Shown here one piece after another: positions 1-11,683 of a DNA stretch of 64,000 bases. How positions within the stretch are numbered: the stretch's first letter is position 1; each line of letters opens with the position of its first letter. The translations under genes and the position numbers were made by a program. The notes below the pieces were generated by a model that was not told where the DNA came from, did no database searches, and saw only the letters and a list, made by a program, of their open reading frames with translations. Source of the DNA: Octopus sinensis (lineage: Eukaryota); NCBI RefSeq assembly GCF_006345805.1, contig NC_043000.1, positions 58,342,001-58,406,000 on the forward strand. The letters are read 5' to 3'.

Positions 1-689
1 TAACCAAATATAACTTTCCTTTTTTTTTTAAAAAAAAGACATTAAAGGAGATTGTCTGCAGGTTAATCTACTACATATAGGTTCCCACATTGTCTTGTCA
101 TATCACTGGTAGGAATCATCAAAACATCTAATGACTTCTGTTGTAAAAAAATGTTAAACTACAATGTCTCAGTGCTTTTCAATTCATTTGAAATAATTTT
201 TATACAATGCTAAGTTTGCCTTTTGTACATGTGCAATACTTTCATTAAAAGTTGCTCCCATTCCCTATCTTATCAATTAGCAAGCAGTGTGTGATGTCAT
301 AGCTGTTAAGAGAGATAACTCTTCTCTTTTAATTTATTTTTTCTAAGAATTTAAAATAAAATATTTACTAAAATAAAAGAATGAGAGCAGAGTTATAGAT
401 TTTGGTCAAGCTGCTTTCAAAGAGGCACCTATTGCAAATAGTGTTGCATACCTGTAAAAAGCCATGCTGTCTATATATGAGAACCTCCAGCTCATGTGAT
501 ACCTGGTAGAGAGCACTGGATCTCGATCTGGCTTTGGCAAGAGATAATTACCTTGAATCAATTGATAGATTTCATCATCAATGTCTGGCAGAATCATTAC
601 CACACTGGACAAAAATGACCAGTAGCATTTCTTCAAGCTCTTTATTTTCTGGGTTCAAATGGCATTGAGGTCAATTCTGCCTTTCACCC

Positions 690-1208
690 TTTTTTTTTAT
701 GCGCCCTTTTCAAGCCTAGCCAGGCTCATGGGCCCGGTTTCCCGGTTTCTATAATGAATGTGCTCCCCCCAGCTGGACAGGATGCCAGTCCATCGCAGCG
801 TTACTCAAGAAATAGGCAGAAAGAGTGAGAGAAAGTTGGAGCAAAAGAGTACAACAGGGATCGCCACCAACCCCTGCAGGTACTTTGTGGAGCTTTAGCT
901 GTTTTCACTCAATAAATACACACAACGCCCGGTCTGGGAATCAAAACCGCAATCCTCCGACCGCGAGTCCGCTACCCTAACTACTGGGCCATTGCCCCTC
1001 CACTAATGCACCCTTTTAAAGCCTAGCGAGGCTCATGGGCCCGGTTTCCCAGATTCAATGGCATATGTGTTCCCCAGCTGAGTGGACTGGAGCAACATGA
1101 AATGAAGTGTTTTTCTCAAGAACACAATGCGTCGTCCGGTCCAGGAATCGAAACCACAATCTTATGATCATGATGCTGACACCCTAACCACTAAGCCACA
1201 TGCCTTCA
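690..1208 (-). mobile_element. Cluster of SINE fragments
   Basis: Repeated AAGCCTAGC...GGCTCATGGGCCCGGTTTCCC at about 712 and 1019; tRNA-like heads on - ending near 1002 and 1208. Confidence 0.65.
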
Positions 1209-1383
1209 CCTTTCACCCTTTTGGGGTTGATAAAATACGCACTGAGACCAATATAATCAACTTCCCTGACTCCTTAAAATTTTCGGTCTTGTGCCAAAAT
1301 TTGGAAAAATTATTATGGTTATTATTATTTATTAATTCATGCATTCTTATAAAGATATGTCCTAAATCAAATTTTTATCACAG

Positions 1384-1539
1384 GTGAAGCTTTACCAAAC
1401 AATGGTCGTTTTACTATCACAAGCAATGAATTGAGGATTCTGCAGGTCAATATAGATGATCGTGGCCTATACATATGTCGTGCCGAGAGCACTGCTGGTT
1501 CCAGAGAGGCAACTGCTTATTTGGCTGTAAGTCCAAGAA
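1384..1539 (+). CDS. PXDN: Peroxidasin internal exon: C-terminal part of an Ig I-set domain (GEALPNNGRF...GLYICRAESTAGSREATAYLAVSPR)
   Basis: tttttatcacAG acceptor and A/GTAAGT donor at 1540, phase 1/1; Ig motif D-x-G-x-Y-x-C; frame joins the next exon. Confidence 0.9.
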
Positions 1540-2429
1540 GTAAGTCCTTGCTTCATTCTCAGAGATTTCTTACTGTATTGTATTAATGCATGAATGTGTA
1601 TGCGTACATGAAGAAATGAAGTTTTGTGTAACTGTCTGCAACTGTATATCTTTATATCTTATATATCTTTAACTGCTCATTTGTATATTCTCATGCTTAA
1701 ATCTACACACACACACATGCAAATGTATATATCTATTTACGTTTTACATATGTCTCATAATGTTTCCATTAGTGTTAATTATAATGATCATCATTTAATG
1801 TCCACTTTCCCAAGATTGCATGGATCAGAGTTTATTTAAGGTAGATTTTCTACAGGCAGATGCCCCTTTTGGCATTAACTCCTATCTGTTTCTGGGCAAG
1901 ATAATATTTCCCTGTGGCCAAACATATCCATGCAGAATATTGGACGGGAATGACACTACTTGTATGAGAGGGACATTCATTTACAACTGTCATGTGATGT
2001 CTAGACAAGGAGACACAAACTCTCACATGCTCACATTCACACACACATGCACGCACACACATACAAACACACATACACACACATGTATGGTGGGCTTCTT
2101 TCAGTTTTCATTTACCAAGTCCATATCCATTCACAACCTGGTCAACCTGGGCTGTAGTAAAAGTCATATGCCCATGATGCCATGCAGTGGAACTGAACCC
2201 AGAATCATGTGGTTGAGAAGCAAACTTCTTACCACCCAGCCATGCCAGCATCTTAATAATGAAGATGTGTTTCATGCATCAATATGTGTATACATGCATG
2301 TGAAATACAAAGAGTATACTTCTCACATATTAGCGTGTGATAAATAAAGCTAATTACTTGATATTTCATAACCAGCTGCCATTAGTATATTATAGAATGT
2401 GCCCTTGGTAGCTAAGCACTGCTTTTAAC

Positions 2430-2780
2430 TACACCATGCAGACAAACTCATTCCCAGTTATCTCATACTACAACTGTAACCTCCGCCTTCTAATTTGCTC
2501 AGCAAAGATCTTTTTATTCTTAGTAACATTAGACTGACAGTTCTTGTGGCAGCTAAACCTCCTCCCTACATTATGAAAAGTTTAGGCTTCTCAGCTTTGG
2601 TGAAGGTGACGTAACAAGCTCAGCAGTATATGAAAACAGTTTTGTCCTAATCTTGCAATGAAGATGTGGACTCTGCAAGCTGAAGTGAAAGTAACCTGTC
2701 AATGAAAGCAGTAATACAATCAGAGTAGAAGAAAGTACCGATGGCATGGATTTGTTTAAGGTAAACCTCAACTTGCCAGG
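2430..2780 (-). mobile_element. Highly decayed RTE-like LINE fragment
   Basis: Relic peptides YTAELVTSPSPKLRSLNF and EQIRRRRLQ. Confidence 0.4.
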
Positions 2781-4058
2781 AAGTGATCCATACACTTGGT
2801 TTCATGATTTTCCTCTATGGCACATAAAGAATGAGGCATGCAGGATCCAATTATGAAACTACAATGGACTGCTACTGACCAGGTTATAGTTTTGAGCAGC
2901 ACATTCTGTAATATATCTGTCATGCATAGCCCCTTTCATCCACTGATTCAAGCACTGTGATCTGTTGTAATTATCATCTGCTTGTTCCACTGTTGAGGTC
3001 TTTTGGGGTTAGTTGCACTTAGTCTGGATCCTTGTCTATGACCTTACCACCAAAGGTAGCCCTACCAGTTCAGAGCTCCTGACAGTATCACTCTTAGAGT
3101 CATTCGTCTATGCAAGATCCTTCACCATGACAAGGAGCGACCATCAGAGAGGGAAAGCAGTAAATATGAAGAAAAAACAAGTTATATAGGATAGATTGAG
3201 CAACTTGCAAGAGTGCTACTGTGAACTATATCTAAGCCTCTACCCTTTCTTACATAGTAGATACAACCATTATTATCAGTGGCTTTTGAGTGCCACTGGG
3301 AATATATGAACCTCCTTCACCTTACTCTTTACATCACAGAAAGACATGGTTTCTTACCCATGGTGAAGGCAATGTGACTAGGAAGCAGCCATAATGAAAG
3401 CAACCCATCTTGGAAAGCAGTAACTACGAATTAAAATTGAATTAGATTAGAGGTGACTCTTAAGTCTTTCTGCAGACATGTCTTTTGCTTATGGCACAAT
3501 AAAATGCCCTCATGTCAAGACGAGGAGACATACTGTAAAGTGGATAGAGATAAGGACCCCCAAAAACATGACATTCAGACCTGTACTGTATGTATGTTAG
3601 TATATGTGTGTGTGTATGTATGTATGAGAAAGAGGGAGAGAGAGAGAGAGAATATGTATGTATTTAAATCAATCAGCAAAATGTACATCTTATAACACTG
3701 AACTGCTTTATGTGGCCTTAAGGAAATTTCTTCTGCAATATGGAGTGCATTCGATTCCTTTACATCATTCCCCACCCACTAGGGAACAGTGTAGAGGTAC
3801 GGTGAAATGGTTGTTGTCCTAAATAAAGCTTCCAGTACACTCCATCTTCCATATGAATTATTTTGAATATTCAAATCAAAAAGAAAAGGAAAAGACAAAA
3901 TTCCATAAGAAAGACGAATATAAAAAGTATTCGGCCAGCATCCAAATGATTTGAGTTCAATTTCTAGAAATGTCTTTTTTTTCCTTTTGATCTGAATGTT
4001 GTCTACATACATATTCGATGTTTCATTTGTATTTCTTTTTCTTTTTCACTATATCTAG

Positions 4059-4325
4059 CTGCTCCTTCATTAGTTCATCGTCAAACAGACAGAGAAGTCA
4101 GCTTGAACAGCCAGGTGACTTTACTTTGTGATGCTGAAGGCGAACCAACTCCAAGTTACCGGTGGGAAAAAGACAATCTACCATTGCAGTATGACAACAG
4201 AATTAGAAGTGAAGGAAATGCATTAACATTTCAAAGGGTTCTTTTTAATGATGCTGGAGAGTATGAGTGTATAGCCGAAAATATTGAAGGCATTGACAGA
4301 AATTCTTTCCACCTTTCTGTTGTTG
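4059..4325 (+). CDS. PXDN: Peroxidasin exon: complete Ig I-set domain (APSLVHRQ...VTLLCDAEGEPTPSYRW...DAGEYECIAEN)
   Basis: Pyrimidine tract + AG at 4057-58, G/GTAGGT donor at 4326; overlaps ORF 4103-4468; canonical Ig C...W...DxGxYxC. Confidence 0.93.
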
Positions 4326-4340
4326 GTAGGTGCTCTCTTT

Positions 4341-4342
<2 letters not shown>

Positions 4343-4398
<56 letters not shown>
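4343..4398 (+). repeat. (CT)n microsatellite just downstream of the 4325 donor
   Basis: Direct inspection. Confidence 0.95.
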
Positions 4399-4403
<5 letters not shown>

Positions 4404-4689
4404 GTGTATATTATATATCTATATATAAGTATATCCATATGTGTGTGTGTAAATATAATGAAAATTGAAGATTGGAGTTTATGATATTATTTTTATTTCA
4501 TGGTTCACAATTGTTTCAACAACCATGTGGTAACTAGTCACATGCATTATGTATGCAAAATGATTTAGTCATGCATGCTACAAAATGTATGTTACATAGC
4601 AGCCCAGGGAATTGATTCATCAGAACTGTTTACAAAAACAATACTAAACATAGCTGTCTCTCTTGCTTAAGTTAGAAACAGTCTCCAAA

Positions 4690-5150
4690 TATCACAAAAG
4701 ATATTTAACAAATGGATGAAACAGGATTATCAACCTTCAATAGGTATTACACAAGGAAGGATGTTAAACAGACTTTCCAGGTAACAGATAATGGAAAATG
4801 GAACTAACCTAAAAGAGTTATGTAATGTATGCAATATCTGGAATGTGATCAATAATACTGAAGTCTCTTGGGTTAAGCTAAAGGAATCAACACTGCAATG
4901 TTGCTGGGAAAAGAATTGTCAAGATTTTAATTGTTTTGAGGATATCCCTGAAGCTGTCATGGAGAAAGTTATTCAATTTATGAATCAATTTAATTTGTAA
5001 GTCACAAGTGAAGATATGAATGAACTAAATATATGTTTCTCATTCAGGGCCTATCACCAGTGAAATTGATTGACATGCTAGAGAGAAAATGAGGGTGGTG
5101 GAGCAGGTAGAGTGGGCAGCAGTGGTGAAGAAGTACAATTCAGAACTTCA
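4690..5150 (+). mobile_element. Decayed Tigger/pogo (DDE_1) transposase fragment
   Basis: Relic peptides QMDETGLSTFNRYYTRK and NIWNVINNTEVSWVKLKESTLQCCWEK...DFNCFE resemble the pogo-family C-terminus. Confidence 0.55.
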
Positions 5151-5869
5151 ATATTTCTTAAACTTCATACAAGGACATTACTCAAATGCAGAAAGAATTT
5201 TGCATGTTCATGGAACTATTGGTAATCATGCCACAATGCTATAGACTCCTTTTTCAGGAAAAGATGTGTGATGTTCAGCAAACTCTTGATAATTTTTAAA
5301 GAAGAACTTATAATTGATCATTAAAATACTACTGAACAATTGTATCAGTAAATATGTTTATTAGACCTAATTATCCTCATTCTGTGTCATGGGCCAAGTG
5401 TACACATGCATTTTATTAATGGAAATGATTCCAATAACTGCAAGATACATGATGATTGATATGTCCTATTTCTTTGGGGTGTCATAAAAAAAATTTAGTA
5501 ACTCAAATGAGAACAGAAACCTAAGTATATTAATTAGGGTTCTGTTCTTATGTGAGTTAATGATTTAAGATTTAGAAATTCAGTTTCCAAGCTTTTTTCA
5601 TGATGCATCAAGTATTTCCCAAGGTAGAGGACTGCCTGTATCTAGGATTAATTTATCTTGTGTATCTTTCCTTTTTTTTTTAAGATGGAAGTATTTAATT
5701 CCAGGCTGATTTTTCCTAAAATGTAAAGTGACGAAGTAAAGCGTCCCTTGTTAATTTGTAAGATTTGAAGTTTATATGTTTCGCTGCATATTCACTTCTA
5801 ATAGCACTTTGTTTCTGAAGAATGGTAGATACCAATTTTTTTTTATCTCTCCATTCAATATTGTTTCAG

Positions 5870-6136
5870 CTAGACGTGGTGTGAATATTGGCCATCAGTT
5901 GGTAACAAGTTCAACTGACGAAGCAATCAACAGAATCAACCTTGCTGCAAACGTTACCTATGATCATCTGTTTAACAGGAAGAAAACTTACACCATCAGT
6001 GACTTACTTTCAGTTGTCAGATATCCATCAGCTGAAGCTCTCGAATTAGCAAAAGCTGAAGAAATATTTGAGCAAACTCTAGACATCATTTATGAACATG
6101 TTAGAGAAGGTTATAAATATAATTTAGAAGATCATG
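5870..6136 (+). CDS. PXDN: Peroxidasin exon: linker/pre-peroxidase helical region (ARRGVNIG...DLLSVVRYPSAEALELAKAEEIFEQTL)
   Basis: ttgtttcAG acceptor, G/GTAAGT donor at 6137, phase 1/1; inside ORF 5776-6213. Confidence 0.92.
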
Positions 6137-6869
6137 GTAAGTGTAAACAGCAGGCCATTTACCACAGACATCAAATGACCATACCATTACAAACACATAC
6201 ACCAGTACACTAGGAGTTCTGTAAAAGTACATAAACAAAATAAAAAAGTTGTGCTGAATGAAGTAAACTTAAAAACAGGTTTTAAAAACATGACTTATAT
6301 ATCCATGTAAATATAAATATTGCAAAAAAAAACATAAAATACCTCTCTCTCTTTCTTTCTCTCTATACACACACACACACATACATACAACACAGCAAAA
6401 CAAGCAAAATAGTTCAAACATTACTTATATCAAGAAAGCACCACCACATCCCCTTTCCTAAGCATGAACACCACTCAGAGCCCTTACAGTTCCTCCAAAC
6501 ATAGGGCCTTGCCTTATGAAATCCTCTCAACAATTTCACAAGATGAATCCACATCCTTAGCATAGCTAGGACCATTACCCAAAGACTAACCCTTCTTTTC
6601 AGAGCTAATATATATTTCAGTCCCCAACTGTTGCTGACACTCAATTAGACTCAGCTGGATTTAATGTTAAAAGTTTAAGTCAAATAATAATGTACCAGAA
6701 TAAAATACTTAATAGTCTAATACCTTAAGGTTCATGTATTGACTTTATTAACTGATGATACTGTGACCTTCATCTGTGTTTGAATCTGCTTTATATAACT
6801 CAGTGATGTCATTCACATTGTAAACAATAGTTAACTTATTATTGACATATTTAATGCAGGAGACTTTAA

Positions 6870-7340
6870 AAAGTTGGTGAGAGCATACTAATGTTCAAAT
6901 ATCTTCAGTACTGTCTCCGATATTTGCCTAAATAATTAAAATAAATTGACTAATATTGTTTCTTCCTCACTACATAATTATTTTTGATGAGCCCTTTAAT
7001 GCTTTCTGCATTAAATATATTAACACTTAAGTATTGTTTTTCTTGCAGATGATATCTCTGAATTATTTATTCTCCAAATAGTTCTAATCTTTCTATACTA
7101 ACTGGTACACAATTTTGAACATTTTTACTTTGTGATTCTTCCATAACTACTTTGGCATGAGCAGTGAAATCCCTGCTTTGCTGATGAGGTCATAATAATA
7201 CCAAAACATGTCAGTTGTCCCCATACTTGCCAAAATAATTAAAACAATATTAGTAATTGACAAATATTGTTTCTTCCACTCCACTGCATAATTATTTCTA
7301 GTCAGGTTTTTAATGCTCTTTGCATTAAATAAGTTAATAG
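6870..7340 (+). repeat. Decayed tandem repeat of about 300-bp period, each unit with a hammerhead relic (Penelope-like pLTR/retrozyme-like)
   Basis: Direct repeat about 6920-7022 vs 7225-7336; CTGATGAGGT..ACC(A)AAACATGTC at 7181-7212; more decayed copy at 6875-6908. Confidence 0.5.
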
Positions 7341-7725
7341 CAGCTTCTATTCAAACTTCTAGGCATTCTGTAGTACTCCGTCAGTTACAACTAGTACATC
7401 CGATCAACAAAACAGCCTGCTCATGAAATTAACATGCAAGTGGCTGAGCCATGTGCCTTCACTATCCAGTCTGTATATTCTATATAATTAGTGTCTTATA
7501 CCTAGATGAAGGTTATCAATATTAGCAAATTGAAACAAAAAAAAAAATGTTAAACACTTGCAGTGGGCTTTTATTAATATTTTGCTGAAAAAGTCATTAT
7601 ATCACACCGAAAGTCATATTTTCTTAGATTTAACTTTTCATCTTTTTAAAATGAATTCATCAATATAGTTAATCAACTAGTTTAACAAATTTTGAAAGTT
7701 ATCTACTTCTGTTTAAATTTTCCAG

Positions 7726-7959
7726 AGCTGTCTTATCGGGAATTGTTGTCACCTGAACATATTCAATTAGTTGCAAATCTATCTGGTTGTTCCCGGCGTT
7801 TTCCAAATATTGACTGTTCGGATATGTGTTTTCACAAAAAATATCGTTCCTTTGATGGCTCGTGCAACAATTTGCTTAATCCAGCATCTGGAGCTTCCAA
7901 CCAAGCTTTTCGGCGTCTTCTTCCTCCTCGTTATGAAAATGGTTTCAATACACCAGTAG
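7726..7959 (+). CDS. PXDN: Peroxidasin exon: start of haem peroxidase domain (CSDMCFHKKYRSFDGSCNNL...AFRRLLPPRYENG)
   Basis: tttccAG acceptor, G/GTAATA donor at 7960; YRSxDGxCNN motif of animal haem peroxidases. Confidence 0.95.
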
Positions 7960-8076
7960 GTAATAACACTTCCTTATTTGTTTAAATTCTTGAACTTGTT
8001 TGCAATATTTTAGTACATTTATATTGTGAAATCAAAATTAAAATTTTAAACTTTATCTTCAATTTTTTTTCTTTAG

Positions 8077-9366
8077 GCTGGAATCCTTCAAGAGAATATA
8101 ATGGCATTCCATTACCAAGCCCTCGGCTTGTCTCCTCTGTCCTTATTGGTTCCAACCATGTGACTGATGATGACCTGAGCACACATATGCTGATGCAATG
8201 GGGCCAATTTGTAGACCATGATATGGATTTGGCTCCCCAATCTATCAGTAATGCTCGATTTAGTGATGGCAGAGGATGTAACGAAACTTGCACAAATGAT
8301 TACCCTTGCTTTCCAATTCAAGTTCCTTTGAATGATCAGCGCATTCGAAATCGTGAATGTTTGGGCTTTGCTAGGTCAAGTGCTATCTGTAATTCAGGTG
8401 GAACGTCAATTTTCTTCAATACACTTGCTCCACGGGAACAGCTGAATGCTATAACATCTTTTATTGATGCGTCTAATGTGTATGGTAGTACTTTTGAGGA
8501 TGCTTCTAGTCTAAGAGACCTTACATCAAGTCGTGGTTTACTCCAGGTTGGAGCTGCACCAGATGGAAAAGCTCTATTACCATTTGATAATAATGGCTTA
8601 TTGGCAAACGTTGACTGCCAACTGGAAGCAACAAAACGACATCTTCCTTGTTTTCTTGCTGGTGACCATCGAGCTAATGAACAGCTGGCCCTAACTGCAA
8701 TGCATACTTTGTGGCTTCGTCAGCACAACAAGATTGCAACAGAGTTACTTCAGTTGAATCCACACTGGGATGGCACTCTCTTGTACCATGAAAGCAGAAA
8801 AATAGTTGGTGCCATGATGCAACACATTACATATGAACACTGGCTTCCTGATATCCTGGGCCCTAAAGGCATGAAACTTCTTGGAAAATATAAAAGCTAT
8901 GATCCTCAGATTGATCCTAAAATATCTAATGAATTTTCAACTGCAGCTTTTCGTGTTGGACACACTCTGATTCAGCCTATTATTTATCGATTGAATGAAC
9001 GATTCCAGCCAATCAGAAGTGGGAACTTGCCACTCCATAAAGCCTTCTTTTCTCCTTACAGAGTAGTGGAAGAAGGTGGCATTGATCCCTTGTTGCGCGG
9101 TCTTTTTGCTGTTCCTGCAAAAAAGCAAATACCTGAAGAAATGTTCAACTCTGAGCTGACCGAAAAGTTGTTTGTTTTAGCTAATTCACTTGGACAAGAT
9201 CTAGGTTCCTTAAACATTCAGCGAGGTAGAGACCATGGGCTTCCCAGCTACAATGAATATAGAGCTTTTTGTGGGATGAACAAAGCCACTTCGTTCAATG
9301 ACCTAAGAAAAGAAATTCCTGATGCAAACATACGATCTCATTTAGAGAATCTCTATAGACATCCTG
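8077..9366 (+). CDS. PXDN: Peroxidasin large exon: catalytic haem peroxidase core
   Basis: ctttAG acceptor, G/GTTAGT donor at 9367; QWGQFVDHD (distal His, haem-linking Asp), RANEQ (distal Arg, Glu), FRVGHT (proximal His), IQRGRDHG. Confidence 0.97.
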
Positions 9367-11565
9367 GTTAGTATTATTTACCATACGTTGACTTTTCTTT
9401 CAATTACCTTATCATATATGTCTGCTGCTTTTAGAGCAAGGATGACCTAGTTGACAGGTAGTGAATTGGTATTATAGACTGCAAATTAGGAGAATTGTTA
9501 GAGAAGAGGACAACCTGCTTTGTGGTATTTGTTCCTCTCTTCTGTGGTTAGGTTTGCTTTTCATCCTCTTAGAAGTCGATAAAACATGACACCGATCTAA
9601 TATAGAGAATTGGAAGAATTGATAAAATATTAGATAGATTCCTTATGGTATGTGTTGTTGCTCTTAGCATTCCAAGTTCTTAGTTGATAGATTTAACCTG
9701 TTGTCTGGATTAATACCATCCCCTGGTTCTTAGATGTCTTTAAAGGATTCTATTCACTTGCAAGCATCCAGGCTAGGTTTCCGCTTTGATGTAATTTTCT
9801 CCATATCTTCCACCACTCTCAGAAGCCCTGAAAATATAGAGAATTATGAATACTGCCCTTCCTTTCTCAACAAAACTGTAAAAAAAAAATATTAATAATA
9901 AGTGTAAGCGTTACTGTGTGGCTAAGAAACTGAAAGAAGTCTCTGTGTGTGTGTGTGTGCATGTAGTTTTGCTTGTCCCCCATTGCTGCTTGATAACTAG
10001 TGCAGCAAAAGAGACTGATACAATATGCGATAGTCCTTAAAAAATTACACTGGGGTCAACTAAGCCCGTCAAGGTGACCCCCCAGCATGACCACAGTCCA
10101 ATTACTGAAACAAGTAAAAGATAATAATAATGATAGAAAAGAAACAGAAAACAAGCTAAAGAGTGAGAGATTTGTATTCTTTCACTTGCACAGTGTTATG
10201 TTCCCAGATCAAGCTACTTATCTTCCAATAGCTATATCTGCTTAGCTGGCAGCATCAGTTGCACTGTGAAATTGACAAAAGAATTGTATACTTGCAGGGT
10301 TGAATTCACAGTCTTGTCTCCAACAAGGAAATTTATCTGTCAGATAGTCTTGCATATTATCCAAAAACAGATCTGATACTGGGGGCTGTTGGAGTAACAG
10401 AACACAAGAGATTTTACTGTTTTTCTTAGCAACATCACTAAAATCAATGATATGATGGAGGTAAAGCAGCAAATAACTAAAAAAATCTAATTGAGAGTAT
10501 ATTACCTCAGTCCTTACTTTAACTTAAAATATTTCTCCTTTTTATCATTCAAATAATAATTGATTTCTATTCATTTTTTTTTAATATATAAAACATTAAC
10601 AATATGTTTTAATTTAATTATTTTTATCATTTTCCGTGTAAGTTATTTTTTATTTCTAATTCCATATAAACATACATTTTCCATCTGTTCAAATACAATC
10701 TTCAGTTTTTTAAATTGTCAAACTTCAATTTCTCTTGTTATATCTTTTTCTTGATTTTTTTTTCTATTCTTCATCTGTTTTATCTTTTTGCAATTTAAAG
10801 GGAGTAGGGATTAGCAAAAAAAAAAAAAGGTAAAACAAAAACTAAAGAAACTTACATGAACTGAAATTTTCATCTCATCTGTTTTAAATTTCTGTACAGA
10901 ATTCTGTATTCAAAACCTTTGATGAGTGTTCCAAAAGGTAAAACTGAAGAGGGGAGAGAGAATTTGTATATGATATTGAAGCATATGGTGGTTGGGGGTT
11001 TTGAGAAATGAAGAGAAAAGAGGTGAAGGCAGATTTTCTTTAAGAGATAAAAAGACAGAGAACATATTTATTTCTAGTTTTGGTGCCACATAAAAAGCAC
11101 TCAGTCCACTCTATGGGGTTGTTGGTGTTAGGAAGGGCATCCAGCTGTAAAAACCAAGCCAAATCAGACACAGAAATCTGGTGCAGTCTTCTGCTTAACT
11201 GGCTCCTGTCAAACCATCCAACCTATGCCAGCATGGAAGGCAGACGTTAAATGATGATGATGATGATGATGATGATGGAGGATGAGAAAGAGAGAGGGGG
11301 AGAGGGGGAGTAGGAGAAGAAGAAGAAGAAATAATTCAGTGGGTGAATGAGAATATGAAGTGATGAAACATTGTCATTTGGTATGGTCTCAGGTTGTGTT
11401 GTCACAATTTAAAAAGGAATTGATGACAAAAATATATCTTTTAACCATTAACTCATTTTATGAAACAACAAATTTTCTATTTTATGTCTAATATCTATTT
11501 ATATTGCATTATATTTATGTCCTGGCTTATGTTAATGCCTAAAATCATTATGTCATGTTGTTTAG

Positions 11566-11683
11566 ATAACATTGATCTGTTTGTTGGAGGAATAAGTGAA
11601 ACTCCCAAAAGGAATTCAAAAGTGGGACCGACATTTTTGTGCATTATTGTTGACCAATTCCGCAGACTTCGTGATGGTGACAG
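11566..11683 (+). CDS. PXDN: Peroxidasin exon ([12 protein letters not shown]...[20 protein letters not shown])
   Basis: tttAG acceptor, AG/GTTTGA donor at 11684, phase 1/2; conserved peroxidase C-terminal motif. Confidence 0.95.

Noticed and set aside
406-636. 76-aa minus-strand ORF
   Set aside because: The opposite strand reads like a decayed RTE fragment (IDRFHHQCLAESLPHW); no support as a gene.
5815-5840. CTGAAGA followed by hairpin UGGUA/UACCA
   Set aside because: No GAAA after the hairpin; lies in the polypyrimidine region of an acceptor.
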